Source of the DNA: Sphyrna mokarran
Taxonomy: Eukaryota
Length of the DNA: 64,000 bases
Reading direction: 5' to 3'
Assembly (NCBI GenBank): GCA_024679065.1
Contig: JAGIQG010000009.1
Location: forward strand, 58,218,001-58,282,000
The position numbers and the translations under genes are program-made. Shown here piece by piece: positions 14,401 through 26,418 of this stretch (the first letter of the stretch is position 1; the number at the start of each line of letters is the position of its first letter). Under the pieces are notes generated by a model. The model did not search any database and was not told the origin of the DNA. It worked only from the letters and a program-made list of their open reading frames with translations.

Positions 14401-15375
14401 AATATTAGAAAGCACCAAACACTTGTAGAATCACAGTAACAGGAAGGAAAAATCAACCAACAATTAATCCTCTAAGTATTAGATAATCCCTTTAAATAGT
14501 ATTGGTGCAAGGTCCTTTTGTTGCTGAATTTGAATTTAGCTGGATGAATTTAAGAGAGGATGTTAGCTGGAGTGTAAAGGTCCAAAAGGCACTGTGGGCA
14601 TCAAATTAGAACATTTATGGACATTGTAATCTTTCTCATCTGAATACTTCTGATAGGTGTTCAATATGCACGTACCACTGCCTGAAGCAATATGGTACTG
14701 GCACAATTAATCTCATACTTGAACACACGCTCTGAACATCATTTTGGAGCTCTAGGTACACATTTAGTCTTCAAGGAATAAATGCTCACGATCCAATTTT
14801 TCATTCAGGTTTTACCTTCAGCTCTCAGTCAGATTAGTAGTATACAAATTGGCAGTCACACAATGGCTGGATCTTTTCCTAGTCTCTACATCTTTATTGG
14901 AATACCAAATCATGTTAGAGCAATAATCATGCTAAAAATTACCTATGCCAGGTCATTTAAGACGTTAGGATTTCCCTTAACACCAAACAGAGTCAATGGC
15001 AAACACGTTGTCACCGATATTAGCTACCCTGCAGCTCTTAGGAGCTTTAATTGGAGCTAGAATTTCCATCCCTTACTAGAGAGGCAGTTCCACTTCAGAA
15101 AGCTACTGGCCAATCTCATCCCAACAGTTTCAGGTGACCCTGCAATTTTGTGAAATTCAAAACCAAAAGAAAACGTTTATTTTCTGAAAAAATATCAGGC
15201 ACTGTTTGAGTAAGTTGTTATTTTGAAAGGTGTATTCAATTCTGAAGATGCATTGAATTAAATGTTGTTGCCAATTATACACAGATGGCATTAAATCTGA
15301 CTATGCATATGAAGTTAGGATCTGCACCAATTCACAACCCCATTGCCTCTGTGGAGATGCCCTTGTGGTTCCAAA

Positions 15376-17027
15376 GGTGAGGGTGAAATGTCCTAACTGT
15401 GTTATGGTGCCGATCGTGTGCAGTCGGCAGCTCACATGCTGAAAATATATTGTTCCTAATTGTTGGTGTGTTTGTTTTAATCTGGGCTAATGTATTATTG
15501 TTATTCTTAGAATTGTTCCCTGGGGTTTCTGAGTAGCGTTTGATTAACATAGAACATAGAACATAGAACATAGAACATTACAGCACAGAACAGGCCCTTC
15601 GGCCTTCGATGTTGCGCCGACCAATATAAAAAGCAATGCCCCTCCAAACTAAACCATTCCCTTCTCTTCCATATACTTATCAACTAACCTCTTAAACGCC
15701 ACCAAACTTGGCGCATCTACAACTGCTGCAGGCAGGGCATTCCACTCCCGAACCACCCTTTGGGTAAAGAACCTACCTCTGATATCCGTCCTATAACTAT
15801 CACCCCTTAATTTAAAGCTGTGTCCCCTCGTGCTAGCTTTCTCCATCCTAGGAAAAAGGCTATCACTGTCCACCCTATCTAAACCTCTAATCATCTTATA
15901 TGTTTCGATAAGGTCCCCTCTTAGCCGCCTCCTTTCTAACGAAAACAACCTCAAATCCCTCAGCCTCTCTTCATAAGACCTGCCCTCCATACCAGGCAAC
16001 ATCCTGGTAAACCTCCTCTGTACCCTCTCCAATGCCTCCACATCTTTCTTATAATGTGGGGACCAGAACTGCACACAATACTCCAAGTGCGGCCGCACTA
16101 GAGTTTTGTACAGTTGCAACATGACGTTGCGGCTCCGAAATTCAATCCCTCTACCAATAAAAGCCAAGACTCCATATGCCTTCCTAACAACCTTCTCGAC
16201 CTGACTGCCTACTTTCAGGGATCTATGCACATACACACCAAGATCCCTCTGTTCATCTAGACTACTAAGAATCCTACCATTTGCCCTATACTCTACACAT
16301 TTATTATTTCTGCCATAGTGCATTACCTCACACTTTTCCACATTAAACTCCATTTGCCACCTCTCGGCCCAGCTCTGCAACTTGTCCAAGTCCCTCTGCA
16401 AACTATAACACCCCTCTTCACTATCTACCACTCCACCGACTTTAGTGTCATCTGCAAATTTACTAATCCATCCTTCAATACCCTCATCCAGATCATTTAT
16501 AAAAATTACAAACAGCAGGGGCCCCAAAACAGACCCCTGAGGTACACCACTTGTCACCGAACTCCACGATGAATATCTCCCATCAACCACCACCCTCTGT
16601 CTTCTATCTGCTAGCCAATTCCTAATCCAATTAGCTAAATCACCCTCTATCCCATACATCTGCATTTTCTGCAGAAGTCTTCCATGGGCCACCTTATCAA
16701 ATGCCTTACTAAAGTCCATATATACCACATCAACCGCCTTACCCCCATCCACCTCCTTAGTCACTTTTTCAAAAAACTCAATGAGGTTAGTAAGGCACGA
16801 CCTACCCTTCACAAAACCAGGTTGATTGAGAAGAAGAAAACCATGAATGGGTGAAGCTAGGCTAACAAAGAGGTAAAAAACAGGCAGTTGCTGTTTGAAT
16901 TTAAATAGAGCCATAGTTCTTCTCTCTCTCTCTCTATCTGGAAATTGAAGTCTGGCACTAGCTAAAAGATATATTTCTCTACAGAAGTCTGCAAAAGGCA
17001 AGAGGGGTTTTCTCCTTCTCTCTCTTT
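15376..17027 (+). mobile_element. Internal piece of a Gypsy-type LTR, interrupted by a young CR1
   Basis: 15376-15546 and 16820-17027 join seamlessly and align, in reverse complement, with about 19200-19570 of the solo LTR. Confidence 0.8.
15547..16819 (-). mobile_element. Young 5'-truncated CR1 LINE (copy A), uninterrupted RT frame
   Basis: ORF 15649-17001 contains GFVKGRSCLTNL, YMDFSKAFDKV, GVPQGSVLGP, KFADDTK; (TTCTATG)n tail at 15547-15580. Confidence 0.95.
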
Positions 17028-17389
17028 AGAGTATAGAGGTTGTGGGTTTAACAAAAAAGAAAATAATGTGGTTTGCACATGTAGATTCAAACCCATGACA
17101 AGTTTGTTGAAAGCAGCATTCTCTGCATTGCATAGACTATCAACTGAAAGTAAAACAACAGCCTCTGAAAACCACCCTAATGGCGTCAATATCAAATCAT
17201 GTGATCAGCTCTTACAGCAACTTGCATTCCTTTTAAATATATAATGGGGAAGGCCTAAGATTTGAAGAAAACACACAATGTCTTGGCTGCCAACCATTAT
17301 GTAGATCACATATTCTTCTCTTGGCCTCTTTTAGGTATATTCTTACCTTGGAGGTATGATGAAATTGCATTATTTGAGATGTTATACCT

Positions 17390-18720
17390 CATTCAGGAAA
17401 ATCCTATGAAAGAGCTGAAACTGGAGTGTTCAGTCTGGCCATCTGCATGCTTCAGGGGGACAAGATTCTGCTGCTGTCATCCAAGGAATGGACCTGCTCC
17501 ATCAAGTACTGGTGAGATCAGAGGAAGGCCAGGGGCTGGATAGCTTATGTTAATAATAGTTTATGTGTTCAAAGGCAGGGAAGCCTCCTGGTGGAAACAT
17601 TGCTTGCTATAAGTGTGTTTAAATGGTTGTAAGGTGTTGTATCTCATAATCGACATGCTGCTTATGGTGTTGAACATTGTGATCTTGAATGCCTAATGAA
17701 AACTCTGAAATGCCAATAAATACCCTTTTCTTTTGTCTGTCTTGCCGAAATGAATCTTTTTCCACTGACCCCACCAACCAGTGGGACTGACAGTTATCTC
17801 AGAGGAAGAAGAACCACCCTCAGAGGGTCCAGCATCATATCTTCTACCAACACATGGCACTAGCATAGTTCCTGCTACCTCAGCAGGGATTAGCATGTCA
17901 GGATAAGGGCAAACGCAATTTGGTAAGGGCAGTTCACAGTTGCACATGCAACTGCTGGAAAGTGTGGAGAATAGGCCTTGGGCAGTAGGCGGAGCACTTG
18001 AGGGTAATCTGGAAACTGAGTCTGACTCTGATGATGAGCCTCTGAAGTTGTCCAAGAGGTGATAGATGCAGGATGTCCAGTTCAAGGTGGGTAAAGATTC
18101 GATCATAAAAGAGGCTGCATACTCTGGGCCAAACTTGTGACAATATCCATCCGGGCTATGTGGACTGCGATCACCTCCTTGGTGTGCCAAACTTCCTTCA
18201 TGGACAAGCTGGCAATTGTCCTGAAGAGACAAATCTACCATGTTTTAGATGGTATTTTGGGTATACATTCTGACGTGTACACCATCATCACCCAGGCTCT
18301 GAGCTCAGGGGTCCATACCCAAGGGGACTGGGAGCCTGGATATTAAGCCAGCTCCTGAGACCTCATGGAAAGGCAAGGAAGACTAATCAGTCCGCATGGC
18401 AAATGATAAACAACTCCTGCACTTCTGATGGAGGCAGTCTCTCCTGTATCCATCTGCCATAGACAAGCCATCACAGTGGCTGCAACAGAAGCTACTCCTG
18501 TGACTCAGCAAAAGTCTTCTAATATGGCAGAGCCCTCAAGCATCAGCTGCACAATGGATACCACCAAAGTTATCCAAAGAGGATCAGCAGCATCTCTCCA
18601 GTGTAGCAGCAAGTGATGATAGAGCACCATGTAAAGGGAAAAAAAATTAAGAAAACTCCACACTCACCACAAAGCAGGTCACGTGGGTGCTTTTTGTAGA
18701 TGTGAATACTAATATGCCAT
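17390..18720 (+). mobile_element. Probable Harbinger accessory-gene remnant
   Basis: Acidic, Ser/Thr-rich remnant (SEEEEPPSEGPAS..TS) similar in character to 34930-35800, which lies opposite a Harbinger transposase. Confidence 0.45.
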
Positions 18721-18822
18721 AGGTAAGATGCTCATAAGCCTTCAATGCACTATTCTTTGCACAAAGGTTCATGCATTCTTTAAGAGATCTAAGGATGTTC
18801 TTTGGAAAATATTCATGACTTT

Positions 18823-19615
18823 TGTTACAGACCAGAGCAGAAACTCCAAAATAGATTAGGAAGTTAGCCTAGGTCCCAACTGTTTTTAATTTTGTTATTA
18901 GTATGAGCATAAGGTATTTCAGTCCAGGTGTAATTCTATTGACCCATGAAGAAGTTTTTATTTAAACTTTATTTAACAATACAGTTTAACTATGACAAAA
19001 ATAATTAAGATAACTTCCACCAATTGAAATACTTAAATATGATAAGGTATAATTCATAACTGTTAGTTATCTCCATTAGTTCCAATTTAAGCAATATTCA
19101 TCATAAACATAAACTCCTCTTCAGAATCAGTAAACAAAAACAAACAGGTTTACTTGAGTTGCTAGTCTTTCAGTGTTTTAACATTTCTGGACAGAAGGGA
19201 GAGAGGAAAAATATCCCTCTTGCCTTTTACAGACTTCTGCAGAGAGATACCTCTTTCAGCAGGTCCTAGACTTCAATTTCGAAACAGAGAGAAGCACTGC
19301 TACTCCTTTTAAATTCAAACAGCAATTGCCTGCTTTTTTCCTCTTTGTTAGCCTAGCTTCACCCATTCATGATTTTCTTTCTCTCAATCAACCTAATCAA
19401 ACCCTACTCAGAGATCCATGAGGACAACTCTAAGAGTAATAATAATACATTGGCTCAGATTAAAACAAACAATACAATAATTAGGAGAAATATATTTTTA
19501 CATGTGAGCTGCCGACTGCACACAATCAGCACTATAATCAGAGCTGAAGCGTGAACATATCCTTCACCAGAAATATGACATAAAATACATTTCTTAAAGG
19601 CACAGTATTGTCACA
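18823..19615 (-). mobile_element. Solo LTR of a Gypsy-type retrotransposon
   Basis: Bounded by TGTTACA...TGTCACA (TG..CA with short inverted ends). Its minus-strand start tgtgacaatactgtgcctttaag resembles the LTR start after the PPT at 26989. Homologous pieces occur at 15.4-17.0 kb and 37.7-38.0 kb. Confidence 0.8.
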
Positions 19616-20599
19616 TTTGTCAGTAGTGAACATTGGTCAAGATGCAACAGTGTCAAAGGAACAAAATGGTGAGTGTGTTGAACAACCGGACATTCCCAGT
19701 GAACTTACATTCTAGCTGGAATGACATTGAGACACAAGTAATATATGCAGGTTTGAGGCTGAGAAAACCTGCCCTATTGCAATCCCAATATTAGCAAGGT
19801 ATTCCTTGTGTAATAGTCATCTATGCAGAGCCTTGCACCTCACTGTTAGGTATTCCCTCTCTTTGCCATCATCATCAGAAGAATGTCTATAATTTGCATT
19901 TTCTCTTCAGGACAGCCGTCTCTAAATAGCAGCACACAACAACCATGAGTGAAACTCTGGCATATACCACAATGCTCCTGCTGATCTATCTAGGCAGCAG
20001 AAGCTCTCCTTTAACAGATCAATTGTCTATTATGGCCCTAGTAGTTTTGTGGTCATTAATATAGTTCCTGAGTCATCTGTTCTAGGGGCCTTCACTGGCA
20101 TCATGTGTTTTCTGTTCAAAGAGTAACCCATGTTCCCCAAAAGCCAAACATCTAGTGATCAGGTTGCAGATGGAAAAAAACCCAATTCTCAAATTAGCAC
20201 TTGAACTCATGGTTCCCAAGCTCAACTCAAAATGGAAAAAAATTAAATAATTCTGTAGAATTGCAACTTTGAAATTCAGCTGAGGGAAAGCAAAAGGCAG
20301 GATTTGATGAACTGCTGACTTCAAAGTAAAACATTAAACAAAAGAACTCTAGGTAATTGATCCAGGCAGCCACTGTTAATTTTATCAAAGTTGAACACAA
20401 TCGCTACTGTAGTGCAGCATGCCAAAACCAGCAAGAGTGGGAAATCCCTTTGTCTCCAAGTAAACAGCAACACCATTTTGAAATTTGGAAAGTTCTTAAA
20501 GCAGAACATGTATCCTGTGATCAGAATTCCCCATTTCCAAATCAATTCAGACTAATCCAAAGCCCAGATCAATCACATAATTGGGGGCGTTGAAGCAAT

Positions 20600-22770
20600 G
20601 ATTTATGTATATATCCACCCAAGTCCCTCTGTCCTGAACCCACTTTTGTTGTCTTTATTTTGTATTGTCTCTCCATATCTTTTCCTACCAAAATGAAACA
20701 CTTTGCACTTCTCTGCATTAACTTCCATCTGCCACTTGGCTGTCCCTTTCACCAACCTGTCTGTATTCTTTTGAAGTTCTACACTATTCTCCTGACAGTT
20801 CACATTGCTTCCAAGTTGCATTGTATATTGTTATCAGGTCATTAATACATGTCAGGAAGATCCCAACACTGACTCCAGAACAACTTGACTACGAACTTTT
20901 CTCTAATCCAAAAAATATCCATGAACTACTATTCTGTTTTCTATTATTCAGCATGTTGCTATTATCCCTTTTATTGCATGAGCTATACTTTGGCCCTCAA
21001 GTCTGTTGTGCAGTACTTCATGGCTTTTTGAAAGTCCATGTACACCACATCAAGAGCATTACCTTCATTAGTCATCTCTATTTTCTCATTCCATTTGTTT
21101 CAACTTCTCAATCAATCTCCCGTTTGGGACCTCATCAAAAGCTTTGCTAAAATCGATATAAACTATATCAACTGCAATTCCCTCTTGCAGACAATCTAAT
21201 TTTTGAAAAATTCTATCAAATTTATTAGGCGAGATCTCCCTCTGACAAAACCATGCCTTTCCAAGTGGAGATTAATTCTCTTCTTCAGAATGTTCTCCAA
21301 AAGTTTCCCCACCACTGGCTTGAGAATCACTGGTCTGTAATTCCCTGGTTCATTTCTATCACCCTTTTTGAAAAGTGGAACCACGTTAGCTGTCCTCCAG
21401 TCCTCTGGCATTTACCCCATGTCTAGACAGGAATTAAAACTTTGTGTCAGAGCCCCTGCAATTTTCTGCCTCGTGTCCCTCAGCAATCTGGAATCTGGGG
21501 ATTTGTCAATTTTTAAGCCCTTCACTACCTCCAATACCTCCTCATTCCCTCTGTCAAATTGTGCAAGTTCCTCATAGTCCCTTTTTCTGAGTTCTGAGTC
21601 TACGTTCTCCCTTTCCTGAGTGAAGATCGATGAGAAATATTTAACACAACTTCCAGCTTGTTCCTTAGGTCTCCAATGGGCCCTATTCTTCCCTTAATAA
21701 GTTTTTTAGGATTCTCCCTAATCTTGTTCACAAGTCCTTTTTCATGCCCCTTTTTGCTCTTCTAATCGCTTTCTTAAGTTTCTTCTTATGCTTCCTATAT
21801 CCCTCTAGGGCCACAGTTTGGATTGCTAAATGCCCTTTCTCTTCATCTTCAGCTAGTCGTATATTGTCCTCGATATCCAGCATTCCCTGAATTTATTGCT
21901 CCAAGATTTCCCCCCAAAGGGATCATTTTGGATCTGTACCTTCCCAGTTCCTTTTTGAATGTTCCCCCCCTCCCATACTATTCACTATAGACTTTTCCAT
22001 AAGGAGCTGTTCCCAGTCAACTTCTGTTCCCAGTCAGTTCCTGTCTTATTTCAATAAAATATGTCTTCCCCCAATCCAATCCAAAGCCACCTTTTGCAGG
22101 CCATCTTTTCTCTGTTATAACAAATTTGAACTGAAACACATTGTGGTCGCTATCCCTAAAATGCTCACACAATGTCACATTGAACACTTATCTGGTTTTG
22201 TTTCCCAGAACAATCCAGCACTGTGCCATCCTTTGTTGGACCTTCTACATATTGACACAAATAATTCCCCTGAATACATTTCAAAAAATTCACCCCCTCT
22301 AAACTGTTTAGACTGTTGAAATCCCCTAGTATTATTGCCCGATTATTGTCGTTATATAACTCAATGAACTCTCGATATATCTGCTCCTTTATTTCCTATT
22401 GACTCTTTCGGGCCTATAATTCACTCCCAGAAATGTGGCTGACCCTTTATATTCCTAAGTTCTACCAACTAAGTCTCATTTGAAGACCTTTCCAAGATAT
22501 CATTTCTTATTACAGTAACTGATTCCTTAATTAATAGAGTTACGCAACCTTCATTTTTACACCCTTCTCTGTCTCACCTAAAGATCCTATTCCCTGAACT
22601 ATTGAGTTGCCATTCCTGCCCTTCCCCAAACCAGTATCATACTTCCATGTATTAATTCACACACATAATTCATCAGTCTTACACTCCTAGCATAAAGTAA
22701 AGACCATCCAGCCTTGCCTCACTCACTTAACACTCAACGTAGCTGAACATTCTGGCATGCTTCTGTTTCT
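20600..22770 (-). mobile_element. Degenerate CR1 LINE fragments (RT and endonuclease regions)
   Basis: ORF remnants KWQMEVNAEKCKVFHFG and MPEDWRTANVVPLFKKGDRNEPGNYRPV..HGFVRGRS. Confidence 0.85.
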
Positions 22771-22872
22771 TTATCTTAATTCCTATATTTTTGTCATTCA
22801 GGGAACTCTGGATTTGTTTACTCTGCCTTTCCATGACATGGGAATATACTTTGTCAATGCCTGAACAATCTC

Positions 22873-23360
22873 AGAGGCGATTCTTTCAAAACGAAACTAA
22901 GTGCCCAATGGGATGGAAAATGGGAGATCTTTTCCCACCCATTTTTGGACATATGTAGTTGAATGAATATCCATCCACAGAGTGTCTCAGAAGGATTCAT
23001 GTCAGTAAGTGGGTAGCACTATGCCACTGGCTCAAGAGGCCAATAGCATAGTGCTTAGTGGGCCACTGCGCACATGGTGACCTGTTAGTTGAGAATCTCT
23101 GCATGTGCATTGGTTCCCCTCCCCCTCAAATGTTGGCCTCCCAACTGCTTCCCAACCCACACCCAAACCATTGGCCTTCCCAACTCCCCCTCTTGATCAC
23201 TGCCTCCACATTCCTTACCAACCAACAGCCTCCCTGACCCCCCAGCTCTTAATGTTGGCTTCCTGCCCCCTTCTCTGAACCACCCCGCACCATGTGCAGC
23301 TGCAAATGCCCTCCTCTCTCCCTCTCACAATGATCCCATTGCAGAGTGTGCAGTGTGTCT
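22873..23360. mobile_element. Harbinger-derived MITE fragment
   Basis: Starts gaggcgattct.., like the MITE termini at 38016 and 59546; C-rich interior. Confidence 0.55.
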
Positions 23361-24139
23361 CTCCCGTCCACCAATATGGAAAAGAACAAGAACAGGTGGA
23401 GGATAAGGTGGATATTTTTAGTTCAGGAAGATTGGCAGAGTTACAACAGAAAGATACAGAAATAAAACAGTTCTATCAGAAAGCATCTATGGCAGAGGAA
23501 TGTTATTGCATTAAAAATGAAGTTTTAATGAGGAAATGGAAACTTTTACATATTCAGGTGAATGAAAAGTGTTCATCAAGTGGTATTGCTAGTAGGATAT
23601 AGAAAGGAGATGTTGCGAGTAGCACATGAGGTACGAGCACGAGATCATTTGGGAGTAAAAAAAATCAAACTAAAATAAAAACCTGGACTGCATTAAGGTG
23701 TAGTTAAATTTTGTCAGTCATGTCACACATGTCAAGTCATAGGCAAATGTCAAGCGATGATAAAATCAGCACCCTTAATACCCATTCCATTTGAGGAGTC
23801 TTCTGCAAGGGTCCTAACTGATTGCATGACACCTTCCTAAAACATAAAGTGGGAATCACTATCTATTGACTATAATGGATTTGTCTACACATCCAAAGGC
23901 CAATCCGTTACATAATATTACAGCTAAAAGGATTGTAGAAGAGTTACTCAATTTTTTTACAAGCTATGGACTACCCACAGAAATACTGTTCGAGCAAAGA
24001 TCAAATTTTACGTCAAAGTTATTCAAGGAGGTATGGATTGCTTAGGAATAAAACAACTTAAACCAACTGCATACCATTCAGAATCGCAAGAAATGTTGGA
24101 GCAGTGGCATCAAACTTTAAAGACAATGTTGAGAGTTTA

Positions 24140-25488
24140 AGGTATTGAGAGGGCAAGGTATTGGAGAGAATTATTAGGGATAGGATTTATAGTTATTTAG
24201 AGAGAAATGAATTGATTGGGGATAGTCAGCATGGTTTCGTGAAGGGTAGGTCATGCCTTACTAACCTCATTGAGTTTTTTGAGAAAGTGACCAAAGAGGT
24301 GGATGGGGGTAAGGCGGTTGATGTAGTATATATGGACTTTAGTAAGGCGTTTGATAAGGTGGCCCATGGAAGACTTCTACAGAAAATGCAGATGTGTGGA
24401 ATAGAGGGTGATTTAGCTAATTGGATTAGGAATTGGCTGGCAGATAGAAGACAGAGGGTGGTGGTTGATGGGAGATATTCATCGTGGAGTTCGGTGACAA
24501 ATGGTGTGCCTCAGGGGTCTGTTTTGGGGCCCCTGCTGTTTGTAATTTTTATAAATGATCTGGATGAGGGTATTGAGGGATGGATCAGTAAATTTGCAGA
24601 TGACACTAAAGTCGGTGGAGTGGTAGATAGTGAAGAGGGGTGTTATAGTTTACAGAGTGACTTGGACAAGTTGCAGAGCTGGGCCGAGAGGTGGCAAATG
24701 GAGTTTAATGTGGAAAAGTGTGAGGTAATGCACTTTGGCAGGAACAATAAATGTGTAGAGTATAGGGCTAATGGTAGGGCTCTTAATAGTGTTGAGGAAC
24801 AGAAGGATCTTGGTGTATGTGTCAATAGATCCCTGAAAGTAGGCAGTCAAGTGGATAAAGTTGTTAAGAAGGCATATGGAGTCTTAGCTTTTATTGGTAG
24901 GGGGATTGAATTTAGGAGCCGCAGCATCATGTTGCAACTGTACAAAACTCTAGTGCGGCCGCACTTGGAGTATTGTGTGCCGTTCTGGTCCCCACATTAT
25001 AAGAAAGATGTGGAGGCATTGGAGAGGGTACAGAGGAGGTTTACCAGGATGTTGCCTGGTATGGAGGGCAGGTCCTATGAAGAGAGGTTGAAGGATTTGA
25101 GGTTGTTTTCGTTAGAAAGGAGGCGGCTAAGAGGGGATCTTATTGAAGCATATAAGATGATTAGAGGTTTAGATAGGGTGGACAGTGATAGCCTTTTTCC
25201 TAGGATGGAGAAAGCTAGCACGAGGGGACACAGCTTTAAATTAAGGGGTATGAGTTATAGGACGGATATCAGAGGTAGGTTCTTTACTCAAAGAGTGATT
25301 AGGGAGTGGAATGCCCTGCCTGCAGCTGTTGTAGATGCGCCAAGTTTGGTGGCGTTTAAGAGGTTAATTGATAAGTATATGGAAGAGAAGGGAATGGTTT
25401 AGTTTGGAGGGGCATTGCTTTTTATTTTGGTCGGCACAACATTGAAGGCCAAAGGGCCTGTTCTGTGCTGTAATGTTCTATGTTCTAT
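24140..25488 (+). mobile_element. Young 5'-truncated CR1 LINE (copy B), uninterrupted RT frame
   Basis: 413-codon frame 24161-25402 with QHGFVKGRSC and KFADDTK; tail tgttctatgttctatg; flanked by GTTTA at 24135-24139 and 25489-25493 (candidate TSD, overlaps the tail) inside the Gypsy integrase. Confidence 0.95.
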
Positions 25489-26225
25489 GTTTATTGTCAA
25501 GATTATCCAGAGGATTGGAATATAGGAATTCCATTTGTACACTTTGCAATTAGGGATAATCTATTGAGTCAACCAAATTCAGTCCATTTGAATTGACTTT
25601 TGGTCATGAAGTAAAGGGACCACGTAAATTGATTAAGGAGAAATTGATGAGTCAGCATTCTGAGACTACATTATTGGACTATGTGTCAAATTTTAGGGCA
25701 ACGTTGAATCAAGCAGATGAATTAGCTAGAGAACATTTAAAAGTGGCACAGCATGTGATGGAACAGAAAGCAGATAAGAAATCAAAAATACATAGTTTTA
25801 CTAATGGGAATAAAATCTTAGTACTGCTACCAGTGGTGGCCAAACCTATAAAAGCAAGGTTTAGTGGACTTTATCAACTTAAAAGGAAATTGAGTGAGGT
25901 GGATTATGAGAACGCTAAGTAGCATGAAAACCCAAAGATTGTGTCATGTGAATATGCTTAAAAGGTATTTTGATAGGGAAGGAGAGCAAAACAAGGAGGT
26001 TTTAGTGGTAACCTTTTCAAGTTGGCACAAGTTTAGATAGAAAAGCTGGTGTTTGCTCAGCCTCAATGTAGCAGCCAAAAACCTTGATCAATTACACAGA
26101 ACTGATGGAGGTATAGAAGGAGGACCAGCTAATGGACAATAATGTGAACAAAAAAAGTGAGCAGGTATTGAGAAAGATAAAGTCAAATTGACTGTTTTGA
26201 AACATGTTCCTGACTTATTCAAATT

Positions 26226-26418
26226 GCACTGCTCCTTCATCAGGTGAGTGTGAGTTCTGTTCACAAGCACTACAAACAGAATGCCCACTCACCTGATAAA
26301 GGAGCAGTGCTCTGAAAGTTTGTGGCATGAGCTACCAAATAAATCGGTTGGACTTTAACTGGTGTTGTCAGACTTCTTACTGTGCTTACCCAAGTCCAAC
26401 ACCACATTTCCACATCAT
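26226..26418 (+). mobile_element. Penelope-like pseudo-LTR fragment with inverted repeat and degenerate hammerhead-ribozyme core
   Basis: 25-bp inverted repeat 26226-26250 / 26286-26310 with 1 mismatch; motif cacCTGATAAaggagc-agt-gctctGAAAgtttgtg followed by ccaaataaa..gttggactttaa. Confidence 0.65.

Noticed and set aside
17693-18241. 182-aa minus-strand ORF
   Set aside because: Antisense to a probable Harbinger accessory-gene remnant; no recognisable domain or splice support.
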